Assembly (NCBI GenBank): GCA_913031205.1
Contig: CAJWEM010000004.1
Span: 1,207-65,206 of the forward strand
Length of the DNA stretch: 64,000 nt
Reading direction: 5' to 3'
From: an uncultured Gammaproteobacteria bacterium
Lineage (GTDB): Bacteria > Pseudomonadota > Gammaproteobacteria > Poriferisulfidales > GCA-002705445
Shown here: positions 30,408 to 39,607 of the stretch, piece after piece
How positions within the stretch are numbered: position 1 is the first letter of the stretch
Layout: each line of letters starts with the position of its first letter
Program-made: the position numbers and the translations under genes
The notes under the pieces: model-generated
Seen by the model: the letters and a program-made list of their open reading frames with translations, nothing else
What the model was told of the DNA's origin: nothing
The model's database searches: none

Positions 30408-31679
30408 TTAGTCTTTAGCGGCCTTTTTTTCGGGTGTATTTTGGTCATAAATTAGAATTGGCTGGGTATCCCCCTCAATTACAGCCTCATCGACAACAAC
30501 TTTTGAAACTTCTGGCGAAGAAGGAAGGTTGTACATTGTATCTAAAAGAACATTTTCCAATATGGTTCTAAGTCCTCTAGCACCGGTTTTCCTCTCTTTT
30601 GCTTTTTTAGCTATCGCCATAAGAGCATTATCACGGAATTCAATTTCAGTGTTTTCCATTTTGAAAAGTTTACTGTATTGTTTGGTTATAGCATTTTTTG
30701 GCTCTAATAAAATTTTAATAAGTGCATTTTCGTCTAATTCGTCAAGTGTTGCTATCATTGGCAGCCTTCCAACAAATTCTGGGATTAAACCGTAAGATAT
30801 TAAATCTTCGGGCTCTACTTGATGAAGAACCTTTAACGATTCATTATCATCTTTTGCGTGGACTTCGGCAGAAAATCCGATTCCACTTTTTTCGGTTCTA
30901 TCTTTTATAACCTTATCTAATCCGGCAAAGGCGCCGCCAACAATAAATAGAATGTTCTTTGTATCAACTTGAACAAATTCTTGTTGAGGATGTTTTCTAC
31001 CGCCTTGAGGTGGGACCGAAGCAGTTGTTCCTTCAATAAGTTTTAACAAAGCCTGCTGGACTCCTTCGCCTGAGACATCTCTAGTAATAGATGGGTTGTC
31101 TGCTTTTCTGGAAATTTTATCAATTTCGTCAATATACACGATGCCATTTTGAGCCTTATCAACATCGTAATCACATTTTTGAAGAAGTTTTTGTATAATA
31201 TTTTCTACATCCTCACCAACATAACCAGCTTCTGTAAGAGTAGTTGCATCCGCGATTGTAAAAGGCACATTTAGTAGTTTTGCAAGCGTTTCAGCCAATA
31301 GTGTTTTTCCACAACCTGTTGGACCAATAAGTAAAATATTACTTTTTGATAATTCAACACCGTCATCTCTTGAAAATTGTGATTCAAGTCTTTTGTAATG
31401 ATTATAAACCGCAACAGATAGTACTTTCTTTGCTCTTGACTGATCTATTACATATTCATCTAATGAAGCATTTATCTCATGTGGTTTTGGTAGTTTCTTA
31501 TTATCCCCAGATTCTTGGTCAAGAAGTTCTTCTCTTATTATGTCATTACATAATTCAACACATTCGTCGCAAACAAATACGGAGGGTCCAGCAATTAATT
31601 TTTTTACATCTTGTTGGCTTTTTCCACAAAATGAACAGTATAATAATTTGTTATCTATAGTTTTATCATCATCACTCAT
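30408..31679 (-). CDS. clpX: ATP-dependent Clp protease ATP-binding subunit ClpX
   Basis: N-terminal C4 zinc finger (CSFCGK...CDEC), Walker A GPTGCGKT, and the GYVG pore loop. Confidence 0.96.
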   Translation of the reverse strand: MSDDDKTIDNKLLYCSFCGKSQQDVKKLIAGPSVFVCDECVELCNDIIREELLDQESGDNKKLPKPHEINASLDEYVIDQSRAKKVLSVAVYNHYKRLESQFSRDDGVELSKSNILLIGPTGCGKTLLAETLAKLLNVPFTIADATTLTEAGYVGEDVENIIQKLLQKCDYDVDKAQNGIVYIDEIDKISRKADNPSITRDVSGEGVQQALLKLIEGTTASVPPQGGRKHPQQEFVQVDTKNILFIVGGAFAGLDKVIKDRTEKSGIGFSAEVHAKDDNESLKVLHQVEPEDLISYGLIPEFVGRLPMIATLDELDENALIKILLEPKNAITKQYSKLFKMENTEIEFRDNALMAIAKKAKERKTGARGLRTILENVLLDTMYNLPSSPEVSKVVVDEAVIEGDTQPILIYDQNTPEKKAAKD

Positions 31680-31716
31680 AATTATTGTCCTTAATTAATT
31701 CTTTATGTAATGTAAT

Positions 31717-32361
31717 TTATTTAATATCCTTTCTAGACTCAAGCACATTATCAACAATACCATAATCTTGTGCTTCCTTTGCATTCATGAAATTATCTCT
31801 ATCTGTATCTTTTGATATTTTATTAATATCATTTCCTGTGTGTTTAGACAAGATAGAATTTAAATTTTCTCTAACTTTTTGGATTTCTTTGGCATGAATT
31901 TGTATATCTGTAGATTGACCCTGAAATCCTCCAAGTGGTTGATGAATCATTACTCTTGAATTAGCCAATGCAAATCTCTTTTTTTTCGCTCCACCTGCTA
32001 ATAATATAGCACCCATGCTCGCTGCTTGGCCTATACATAATGTGCTAATATCAGGCTTGCAGAACTGCATTGTGTCATATATAGCCATACCAGAAGTAAC
32101 TGACCCCCCAGGAGAATTTATATATATAGATATGTCTTTTTTCGGATCTTCTGACTCTAAGAATAGTATCTGGGCAATAATGACATTTGCCATGTAATCT
32201 TCAATTGGTCCTACAACAAAAATTATTCTTTCCTTGAGAAGCCTAGAATATATATCATAAGCCCTTTCTCCTCTGGATGTCTGCTCAACAACCATCGGCA
32301 CAAGATTAAGATTCTCAATATCATTTTTTATATTTTTCATAATTGATTCATATACTAACAA
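31717..32361 (-). CDS. clpP: ATP-dependent Clp protease proteolytic subunit ClpP
   Basis: Catalytic triad context ([10 protein letters not shown]) and [23 protein letters not shown]. Confidence 0.95.
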   Translation of the reverse strand: MLVYESIMKNIKNDIENLNLVPMVVEQTSRGERAYDIYSRLLKERIIFVVGPIEDYMANVIIAQILFLESEDPKKDISIYINSPGGSVTSGMAIYDTMQFCKPDISTLCIGQAASMGAILLAGGAKKKRFALANSRVMIHQPLGGFQGQSTDIQIHAKEIQKVRENLNSILSKHTGNDINKISKDTDRDNFMNAKEAQDYGIVDNVLESRKDIK

Positions 32362-32376
32362 AAATTCAGGTTTAGT

Positions 32377-33666
32377 CTATCGAAGTTCCATCAATGCATC
32401 AAACGAATAACTTTTCTCAGACACCTCTGCATTACTTATAATCCATTTTATAGCAAGGTTTTCAAGAATAACAGATTCCATGTTTTTCTTTGCTTCGTCG
32501 TTGTTCATATAATAATTTTCAACTTCTGCTCTGTTATTATGTCCTCTAGATACAGTATCAATCCACTCTGTAATATTTTTTTGAGAAATTTTAAATTTCT
32601 CATTATTTATGATTTCTCTCAAAAGCAACCCTGCTTTTACTCTCTCTGTTGCCTCTTTTGTATATAACTTATCCATATCCTTATGTGACATTTTAACTTC
32701 ACCATTTGGGTTATTTTCTTTATCTATTCGATGAATTTCCTCATGCACTAAACTTTTAGGAACCTCTAATTTCTGAGATTTGCTTAGTTCTGCAATAACT
32801 ATCTTTTTCATATGCGACTCGATTAAAGTTTCAGCGTCTTTTATCATTCCGTCTTTAATTTTTGAGTGAAGAGTTTCCACTTTTCCATCTTCAATTCCAA
32901 GTTTCTTTACGAAATCTTCATTTATTTCGGAAACTTCTGGCTCTAATACTTCTTTAACAGTAATGTCAAAAACAACAGGTTTTGATGCTAACTTTTTATC
33001 TTGATAATCGTCTGGAAAAATTATATCGAGCTTCGTTTCTTCGCCAGATTTTAGCCCAATAAGACCCTCCTCAAAACCTGGGATTAATTGTTTACTACCA
33101 ATTTCAATAAGGAAGTCGTCAGCTTTATTGTTTTCGAAATCTTCTCCATTTATTTTTCCAACAAAGTCAGCTTTTACTCTATCGCCCTCTTTAGATTTTC
33201 TCTTTACAGGATTCCATTCCTTATACTGCTCAGCAATTTTTTCAACGGCTTTTTCTAAGTCGGCTTTTTTTACCTTTAATTTAGGTTTTTGTAGTTTTAT
33301 TTTTTCAATATTAGTAACTTTTACCTCAGGCATTACCTCAATTAAAGCTTTAAAATAAATTTTATCTTTATCTTTTTTTTCTTCTATTGATATTTGTGGA
33401 GGAGCCACTGGGTTAAGTTTTTCATCGATGACAACTTGAATATAATTCTGTTCAATATGTTCACTTAAAGATTCGTTATAACATTGCTCGTAATATTTAC
33501 TTTTAATTACGTTTAAAGGAACTTTGCCTTTCCTAAAACCTTTCAAATCAAGTGTTTTTGACAGCTCCCTCATTTTGGAATCAATTGTAGGATCCATGTC
33601 TTTTAAGCTAAAACTTATAGAAAGCTCCCTCTCAAGACCTTTTAAATTTTTAACTTTTGACGTCAT
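32377..33666 (-). CDS. tig: trigger factor
   Basis: 429 aa with N-terminal ribosome-binding motif (GFRKGKVP), FKBP-type PPIase domain, and C-terminal arm. tig-clpP-clpX-lon order. Confidence 0.93.
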   Translation of the reverse strand: MTSKVKNLKGLERELSISFSLKDMDPTIDSKMRELSKTLDLKGFRKGKVPLNVIKSKYYEQCYNESLSEHIEQNYIQVVIDEKLNPVAPPQISIEEKKDKDKIYFKALIEVMPEVKVTNIEKIKLQKPKLKVKKADLEKAVEKIAEQYKEWNPVKRKSKEGDRVKADFVGKINGEDFENNKADDFLIEIGSKQLIPGFEEGLIGLKSGEETKLDIIFPDDYQDKKLASKPVVFDITVKEVLEPEVSEINEDFVKKLGIEDGKVETLHSKIKDGMIKDAETLIESHMKKIVIAELSKSQKLEVPKSLVHEEIHRIDKENNPNGEVKMSHKDMDKLYTKEATERVKAGLLLREIINNEKFKISQKNITEWIDTVSRGHNNRAEVENYYMNNDEAKKNMESVILENLAIKWIISNAEVSEKSYSFDALMELR

Positions 33667-33689
33667 ACGTTCTCCTTTTTAAAATTAAT

Positions 33690-33774
33690 TGGTGGGCTAG
33701 GAGAGACTCGAACTCTCACGGGTTACCCCACTGGTACCTAAAACCAGCGCGTATACCAATTCCGCCACTAGCCC
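33690..33774 (-). tRNA. tRNA-Leu (anticodon TAG)
   Basis: Reverse complement reads GGGCTAGTGGCGGAATTGGTATACGCGCTGGTTTTAGGTACCAGTGGGGTAACCCGTGAGAGTTCGAGTCTCTCCTAGCCCACCA. Long variable arm. Anticodon loop TTTAGGT gives TAG. Confidence 0.9.
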
Positions 33775-33840
33775 TGAAAATTTAATTATAATTTTCTCAA
33801 AAATACAATTATACAATGTTCTACTGTATTATAATAAACT

Positions 33841-34719
33841 ATGAAAAATGTAATTTTTTTTACAATATATATTGTTTTTTTTGCAATTTGCTCGTCGCTA
33901 ATTTTTTCCATATTGTACATGCAATTTGATGAACAACCAATGCTTGCTTTGAATAAAGCAATCAAGTATGGAGCGATTTTACTTTGTATAATTTTTATAC
34001 TACCCGCGATAAAGTTACAAAATATTTACTCGAAAGAAAAATTAGGCTTTTGTGAACCAAAGTTGGTTTTTTTTAAAAATACTGTTAAGGGTTTTTTGCT
34101 AAGTTTAATCTTATCATTACCCCTTTTAATCACAATGTTCATATTAGACATCAGAAATATTGATTTTAGCTTACTCTACTTTGATTCATATTTTTTTCTC
34201 TCAATTCTTCTAATAACTTTTTTAAGCTTTTTAATTGCATTCATTGAGGAGTCTTTTTTTCGAGGAATACTCGTACAAAAAAATGAGAACATTTTAAATA
34301 CTTTTTTTATTGTAGCTCTAAGTTCATTTATCTATTCTGTTTTTCATTTTTTAAAAATTCCACTTATTATTGATGAAAATCTAGTTTGGTACACTGGGTT
34401 AACTGAGCTTTTTCATGTATTCAGCAATTTATTTAATTTAATTTCGTATGATGCAGCATTAACTTTATTTCTATTTGGTATTTTATTAAGTATTATTAGA
34501 ATAAATTTAAATTCAATTTCGTATTGTGTTGGTATTCATGCTGGTTTCATATTCATAATAAAACTGGTGAGACAAAATTCTACAGTAAATTTCGAATCAG
34601 GATTTGATTATCTTCTTAGTCCTTATGATCACTTTACTGGCTACTTATCATCAGGGTGGATCATCATTATGCTTTTAGTATTAATTTTAGTTATTTCAAA
34701 AAGAGCTTTTTATAACTAA
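33841..34719 (+). CDS. CPBP family (CAAX/Abi) intramembrane glutamic endopeptidase
   Basis: 292 aa polytopic membrane protein with the EExxxR motif (FIEESFFRGIL) and downstream conserved His residues typical of the CPBP/Abi family. Confidence 0.75.
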   Translation: MKNVIFFTIYIVFFAICSSLIFSILYMQFDEQPMLALNKAIKYGAILLCIIFILPAIKLQNIYSKEKLGFCEPKLVFFKNTVKGFLLSLILSLPLLITMFILDIRNIDFSLLYFDSYFFLSILLITFLSFLIAFIEESFFRGILVQKNENILNTFFIVALSSFIYSVFHFLKIPLIIDENLVWYTGLTELFHVFSNLFNLISYDAALTLFLFGILLSIIRINLNSISYCVGIHAGFIFIIKLVRQNSTVNFESGFDYLLSPYDHFTGYLSSGWIIIMLLVLILVISKRAFYN

Positions 34720-34727
34720 ATACAAGA

Positions 34728-36140
34728 TTACATCATTTTAGAAAATCCAATATTGCACTTAAGGTCTGGATCCATTTGAGGCCCATTTACGTCTCGATAT
34801 ATTGGTGTTCCGCATTGAAAACCTATTCTAGTCATAGAGTTTGGAATTTTATAATTAACTCCAAAATTTGTGGATGCTCTTAAGTGTGAGTGGAAATATT
34901 CATTCCACGTTGGGGTTGTTCCCATTCTAAAAGAAGATCTTCCTTGAATATTTTCTTGGTGCTCTAAATCAAAACCAAGTGAGATACTAAAATTTTTTGA
35001 TATCGGCCTTGAAGCCCACAAATTAATTTCCCTTCGATCTCCATATTTCCAACCTTCGCTATTATAATCAAATCTTGTTACTGCATTTAATTGAACTCCA
35101 TATGACCAATTATTAAGTATTTCTTGAAAGCTGTATCCGAGTATTAAATCATATGTGCCCGATCCAATTTGCATGGGATATGGCATCATTTTTAAAACGC
35201 CACTCATGTTGTGATCCTTTTCATTAAATTCTCCTGAAGGAATTGAAATAGCTACTTTGATGTTTGATTTTTTTGAATATCTGTAGAGAGCAGCTAAATT
35301 CAAATCGCCAAAGCCTCTGCTGCTAGTTTTATGAAGCTTTCCCATCATCATCCCAGATAACATTTTCATTTCCATTTCTTTTTCAACATATGGAAGCATA
35401 GCCATTAATGAAAACTTGTTGTCAAGGGCGTACATTGCACTCATCATATGCATGCGCATTGTCATGCTAATAGGAGTCATTGAGTAGCTTAAACCTTTTA
35501 TAAAATTTTCATCAACCGAGCTTGTTCCGTCTCTACAGCATTTCATTTCCATTGTTCCAAATTTATATCCAAACATTAATTTTTTAGGCATCATATTTTT
35601 TCCGCCTTTAACTCCGGCTGGATATACGAAATCTGGTCTACTCATGTTTTTCATCATGTTTCCCATTTTCATATGATCCATTTCTGAGTGATCCATTTCT
35701 GAGTGATCCATTTCTGAGTGATCCATTTTTTTCACTAAAAATTGTACTTTTAATTTTTTTCCACTAGCAAAAAATAAATTTATATCGATGGATTGATTTA
35801 GAGAAATATTTTCTTTAGGTTTCATCAACATAAGGTGATAACCCATCGGTTTAAATTCAAGTATAGTGTTTGCAGATATAGAAACTGAATCTTGTTTTAG
35901 CATTTTCATCATATCGCCATCTTTTTTTGAGAGATGAATTTCTATTTTGCCAAAGAAATTACTTTTAGCTCCTACCAAGATCTGTTCGTCATTAAAATTA
36001 TTTGTCAGCGTAAAGTATCCAGCTGTCATCTGAACATTTGGGGGCATTAATCTAATTGTTGCATTATCAACATCTATGCTTGAAGCAAATGAACTTTGCG
36101 ACAAAAAAAACATTAATACAAATTTTATGAGAACTCTCAT
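34728..36140 (-). CDS. secreted fusion protein: PCu(A)C copper chaperone domain + Met/His-rich repeat + outer-membrane beta-barrel (CopB/PcoB-like)
   Basis: Signal peptide MRVLIKFVLMFFLSQSSFASS. The PCuAC motif H-X10-M-X21-H-X-M is exact (HLSKKDGDMMKM...GYHLM). (MDHSE)x3-MDH repeats resemble the CopB/PcoB N-terminal repeats. The C-terminal roughly 300 aa show alternating amphipathic strands (GFGDLNLAALYRY, YDLILGYSF, WSYGVQLNAVTRFDY...) typical of an outer-membrane barrel. It is very Met-rich throughout. Confidence 0.7.
   Translation of the reverse strand: MRVLIKFVLMFFLSQSSFASSIDVDNATIRLMPPNVQMTAGYFTLTNNFNDEQILVGAKSNFFGKIEIHLSKKDGDMMKMLKQDSVSISANTILEFKPMGYHLMLMKPKENISLNQSIDINLFFASGKKLKVQFLVKKMDHSEMDHSEMDHSEMDHMKMGNMMKNMSRPDFVYPAGVKGGKNMMPKKLMFGYKFGTMEMKCCRDGTSSVDENFIKGLSYSMTPISMTMRMHMMSAMYALDNKFSLMAMLPYVEKEMEMKMLSGMMMGKLHKTSSRGFGDLNLAALYRYSKKSNIKVAISIPSGEFNEKDHNMSGVLKMMPYPMQIGSGTYDLILGYSFQEILNNWSYGVQLNAVTRFDYNSEGWKYGDRREINLWASRPISKNFSISLGFDLEHQENIQGRSSFRMGTTPTWNEYFHSHLRASTNFGVNYKIPNSMTRIGFQCGTPIYRDVNGPQMDPDLKCNIGFSKMM
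35675..35730. repeat. 15-bp tandem repeat (gatccatttctgagt, about 3.7 copies) encoding the MDHSE Met/His repeats
   Basis: Perfect tandem copies at 35675-35689, 35690-35704, and 35705-35719, plus a partial fourth. Seen directly in the sequence. Confidence 0.9.
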
Positions 36141-36232
36141 TTACTGATACCCTTTTTAATCTTTAAAAAATATTGGAAAAACTAACACAATCTCAAAATA
36201 TAATCAAAAAATCTATTATAAAAAGAACACTA

Positions 36233-36640
36233 TCAATTTAGAATTAGGATCAAAATGATTGACGATATAATTATCACAAAATTAAAAACTACAGATAATA
36301 AATGTAAAAATTTAAATCTTTTTTGATTATTTACATCCCTTGATTTATTTATTTGCGGCATTAATACATAATTACTTAGAATAAATAGCATTAAAATTAG
36401 TATCGATAGATATAAAATATTCCCTGTTTTTCCGGAATAAATCATTAAGATTGTTAATATCAAATACTGAATACCGTTATACATATAATATGTAGGAAAG
36501 ACAGAACGTACAAATTTTCCTGCCTCTTCATTCGGCAAAACTGTAAATATTTTAGGCGCAATTGCTATTGAAAAAAATAACATTGATCCTAAAACAAGTG
36601 GTGGTATTACTTTTATAATTAATTCCATTTTTTCCTCCAA
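36233..36640 (-). CDS. DUF4149 (TMEM205-like) four-TM membrane protein
   Basis: 135 aa with 4 predicted TM helices. It carries the conserved AP-x-hF-x-hLP...G-x-h-h-x-x-hFP-x-YY stretch ([27 protein letters not shown]) characteristic of DUF4149. Confidence 0.6.
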   Translation of the reverse strand: MEEKMELIIKVIPPLVLGSMLFFSIAIAPKIFTVLPNEEAGKFVRSVFPTYYMYNGIQYLILTILMIYSGKTGNILYLSILILMLFILSNYVLMPQINKSRDVNNQKRFKFLHLLSVVFNFVIIISSIILILILN

Positions 36641-36686
36641 TAAAATTTTTATAGCTCAATTGAAATTAGTAAAATTTGACCGTAAC

Positions 36687-36763
36687 TGGGGCGAGAGACG
36701 GGGATCGAACCCGCGACAACCGGTACCACAAACCAGTGCTCTACCAACTGAGCTACTCTCGCC
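36687..36763 (-). tRNA. tRNA-His (anticodon GTG)
   Basis: Reverse complement reads G-GCGAGAGTAGCTCAGTTGGTAGAGCACTGGTTTGTGGTACCGGTTGTCGCGGGTTCGATCCCCGTCTCTCGCCCCA. The extra 5' G(-1) pairs with C73, as is typical of tRNA-His. Confidence 0.9.
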
Positions 36764-36771
36764 ACAAAACA

Positions 36772-36848
36772 TGGCACGCCTGGTAGGACTCGAACCTACT
36801 ACCCTCGGATTAGAAATCCGATGCTCTATCCAAATGAGCTACAGGCGC
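36772..36848 (-). tRNA. tRNA-Arg (anticodon TCT)
   Basis: Reverse complement reads GCGCCTGTAGCTCATTTGGATAGAGCATCGGATTTCTAATCCGAGGGTAGTAGGTTCGAGTCCTACCAGGCGTGCCA. Anticodon loop TTTCTAA gives TCT. There is a G1:U72 wobble. Confidence 0.85.
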
Positions 36849-36855
36849 ATCAAAA

Positions 36856-36932
36856 TGGTCGGGGTAGAGGGATTTGAACCCCCGACATCCTGCTCCCAAA
36901 GCAGGCGCGCTACCAGACTGCGCTATACCCCG
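36856..36932 (-). tRNA. tRNA-Pro (anticodon TGG)
   Basis: Reverse complement reads CGGGGTATAGCGCAGTCTGGTAGCGCGCCTGCTTTGGGAGCAGGATGTCGGGGGTTCAAATCCCTCTACCCCGACCA. Anticodon loop TTTGGGA. Confidence 0.9.
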
Positions 36933-37067
36933 AAATATATTTTTATTATACGAAAAAAAAGGATAACATTGTTAAATATATACCCATTAATTATTATGAT
37001 ATTTCGATTGATGAATGGTATTCTAATCAAAAAAAATGTACTTACAAGAATATTTACTCATAAAAGC

Positions 37068-37643
37068 ATGAAAAAATTTATTAAATCTTCGATACTAATC
37101 TTAATATTTATGACAAATTTTGGAGCAAGCGCTGAGATGGCAACAAACACAATAATCAACATAAAAACAAATCTTGGAGATATAAAAATTGAACTCCTGC
37201 AAGATAAATCACCAATTACTTCGGAAAATTTTTTAGAGTATGTAAAATCTAACTATTTTTCTGGGACAATATTTCATAGAGTTATAAGAGACTTTATGAT
37301 TCAAGGTGGTGGTTTCGATACTAATATGAATCAGAAGGAAACAAATACTCCTATAAAAAATGAAGCAAATAATGGATTGAGTAATGAAAGAGGTACGATA
37401 GCTATGGCTAGGACAAATGACCCGCATTCAGCAAGCGCCCAGTTTTTTATCAATTTAAAAGATAATAATTTTTTAGATTTCACAAGCGAAACAATTCAAG
37501 GGTGGGGTTATTGTGTTTTTGGAAAAGTTATAGCAGGCATGGATATTGTTGATAAAATTGCTCAGTCAAAAACCTCTAGTTATGGTCCACATCAAGATGT
37601 TCCAGAAGAACAAATTATAATAAGTGAGATAATTATCGAATAA
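37068..37643 (+). CDS. ppiA: periplasmic cyclophilin-type peptidyl-prolyl cis-trans isomerase
   Basis: Signal peptide [22 protein letters not shown] followed by cyclophilin core ([15 protein letters not shown]...FFINL...[13 protein letters not shown]). The first 136 codons of the track ORF (36660-37067) run across three tRNA genes and are not coding. Confidence 0.85.
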   Translation: MKKFIKSSILILIFMTNFGASAEMATNTIINIKTNLGDIKIELLQDKSPITSENFLEYVKSNYFSGTIFHRVIRDFMIQGGGFDTNMNQKETNTPIKNEANNGLSNERGTIAMARTNDPHSASAQFFINLKDNNFLDFTSETIQGWGYCVFGKVIAGMDIVDKIAQSKTSSYGPHQDVPEEQIIISEIIIE

Positions 37644-37647
37644 TAAA

Positions 37648-38367
37648 ATGAAAAATATTTATTTTATTTCAGATATTCATTTAGATCCAAATAATTCTGA
37701 TGTTACAAATAAGTTTCTTGATTTTATATCAGAGAAAAGCTCTGATATGAAAGAACTATATATATTAGGTGATTTGTTTGAATTTTGGATTGATGATAAA
37801 TATGATATTGAGCAGAATAATATAATAATCACAACTCTAAATGGTATTACAAAAAAAGGGACAAAAGTATATCTTACTCACGGAAATAGAGACTTCTTAA
37901 TTGGCAAAAAATTTACAAAAATTACAAATATTGAAATTCTGCCTGAGAACTTTATTTTATACTTAGATGAAAAAAAAATATTAATCACTCACGGAGATTT
38001 GCTTTGTACAGATGATGTTGATTATCAGAAATTTCGTAAATTCATAAGGAACAAATTAACTTTAAAAATTTTTAATTTACTTAATAATAAAGTAAAAACA
38101 AAAATTGCTTCATTTCTTAGAGGAAAAAGTAAAAAACTTACATCTCAAAAGCCTGACAATATTATGGATGTCAATGATGATACAGTTTCTTATTTTTATA
38201 ATAAGTTTGATACAAATATTATTATACATGGGCATACACACAGAAAAAATATACATGTAACTAAGGCTAATGGAGAAAGCTTTACAAGATATGTTTTGGG
38301 TGATTGGCACAATTCACCAAGCTACATTGTATACAAGGACAGTAAAATTGAGCTATTGGACATTTGA
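37648..38367 (+). CDS. lpxH: UDP-2,3-diacylglucosamine diphosphatase LpxH
   Basis: Calcineurin-like metallophosphoesterase motifs (FISDIHLD, GDLFEFW, THGNRD, GDLLCTDD, GHTH). ppi-lpxH adjacency as in E. coli. Confidence 0.9.
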   Translation: MKNIYFISDIHLDPNNSDVTNKFLDFISEKSSDMKELYILGDLFEFWIDDKYDIEQNNIIITTLNGITKKGTKVYLTHGNRDFLIGKKFTKITNIEILPENFILYLDEKKILITHGDLLCTDDVDYQKFRKFIRNKLTLKIFNLLNNKVKTKIASFLRGKSKKLTSQKPDNIMDVNDDTVSYFYNKFDTNIIIHGHTHRKNIHVTKANGESFTRYVLGDWHNSPSYIVYKDSKIELLDI

Positions 38368-38372
38368 AGAAA

Positions 38373-39596
38373 TTAACTTTTAATAGCAAGTATCAAGTCC
38401 ATTACATTTGTACCAGTTGGGCCTGTCGTTATTAATGCTTCTACTTTATTAAGATAGCTACCAGAATCAGCGTTAGTAAGATATTTTTGATAGTTTAAAT
38501 TAAGCTTTTCTCCTAAATTTATTGTTTTGCCATCAACAATTCCACCAGCATCATTTGTAGGGCCATCGGTACCGTCTGTTCCAGCTGACAAAAAAATTAC
38601 ATTATCGACGTTTTGTATTTTTTCGGCCATTAGTAAGGATAACTGTTGATTTCTTCCTCCTCTACCTGGGTTTTTTGGTAATTGAACTGAACTTTCACCG
38701 CCCCAAATGTGAAGACCATTTGGACAATTTAAAAGATAGTTATGAAAATAGTTTGATAAATCATTTACATCCCCCTCAATAAATTTTTCATTAAGATGAA
38801 CATTATAATTAAGTTTTTTTCCAAAATCTGAACATGCTAATTTGGCGTCATCAAGCTTTGCAATGATATTAGTCTGTATATTTAAAAAATTATCCTTGTT
38901 GGGACAAGATAATGGTTCTACTTTTTTTAATTTTTCAATAATATCATCGTCATATTTATTAAAATCGATTTCGAAATCGTCATGAGATAACGGACCAGAT
39001 GCTATTACTTTTGGATCATCATGTGGAACATCTGAAATTGTTAAAACTATCGTTTTCCTTTTATGAATATAATTAGCTAACTTTCCGCCCTTTATTTTTG
39101 AAAAATATTTTCTAACTGCATTAATTTCGTTTATATTGTAACCTCTCGATAATAATGCGTCTGTAATTTCAACAAGATCATTTAAACTAAATCCATCGAT
39201 TAAATTTTCGGCTAAACTTGAACCTCCGCCTGACAATAGAAATAAAAAATTACTATCTACATCTGAATCTTCAATAAATTTAATTAATTTTTCACCACAA
39301 ATTATACTTTGTTCAGAAGGCGTAGGATGATCTGACTCTAAACACTCAATATTTTTATACAGATTTAGTTGGCTATCTAAATGCTTCCGTTTTGTGATAA
39401 TTAAGCCTGACTTGATATTAATATTTTTATTTTCCAAAACTGCTTGAGCCATAGAGCTACCAGCTTTGCCAAGCGATACCACATTGAAATCCCCTTTAAT
39501 TATATTATTTTCTAAAAATTTATGAACTGCGTTAAATCCCAATACTCTATCTACGCCAGCCATAAAAATTTTTTTTAAATCTTCTTTTTCTTTCAT
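38373..39596 (-). CDS. glycerate 2-kinase, MOFRL family (GckA/TtuD-like)
   Basis: N-terminal DUF4147-like region (SLGKAGSSMAQA) and C-terminal MOFRL motif SAGTDGTDGPT. Confidence 0.75.
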   Translation of the reverse strand: MKEKEDLKKIFMAGVDRVLGFNAVHKFLENNIIKGDFNVVSLGKAGSSMAQAVLENKNINIKSGLIITKRKHLDSQLNLYKNIECLESDHPTPSEQSIICGEKLIKFIEDSDVDSNFLFLLSGGGSSLAENLIDGFSLNDLVEITDALLSRGYNINEINAVRKYFSKIKGGKLANYIHKRKTIVLTISDVPHDDPKVIASGPLSHDDFEIDFNKYDDDIIEKLKKVEPLSCPNKDNFLNIQTNIIAKLDDAKLACSDFGKKLNYNVHLNEKFIEGDVNDLSNYFHNYLLNCPNGLHIWGGESSVQLPKNPGRGGRNQQLSLLMAEKIQNVDNVIFLSAGTDGTDGPTNDAGGIVDGKTINLGEKLNLNYQKYLTNADSGSYLNKVEALITTGPTGTNVMDLILAIKS

Positions 39597-39607
39597 TTAA
39601 AAAATAG

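Noticed and set aside
36660-37067. N-terminal 136 codons of the 327-aa plus-strand ORF
   Set aside because: This stretch reads straight through three minus-strand tRNA genes (His, Arg, Pro). The real gene, ppiA, starts at the ATG at 37068 with a signal peptide.
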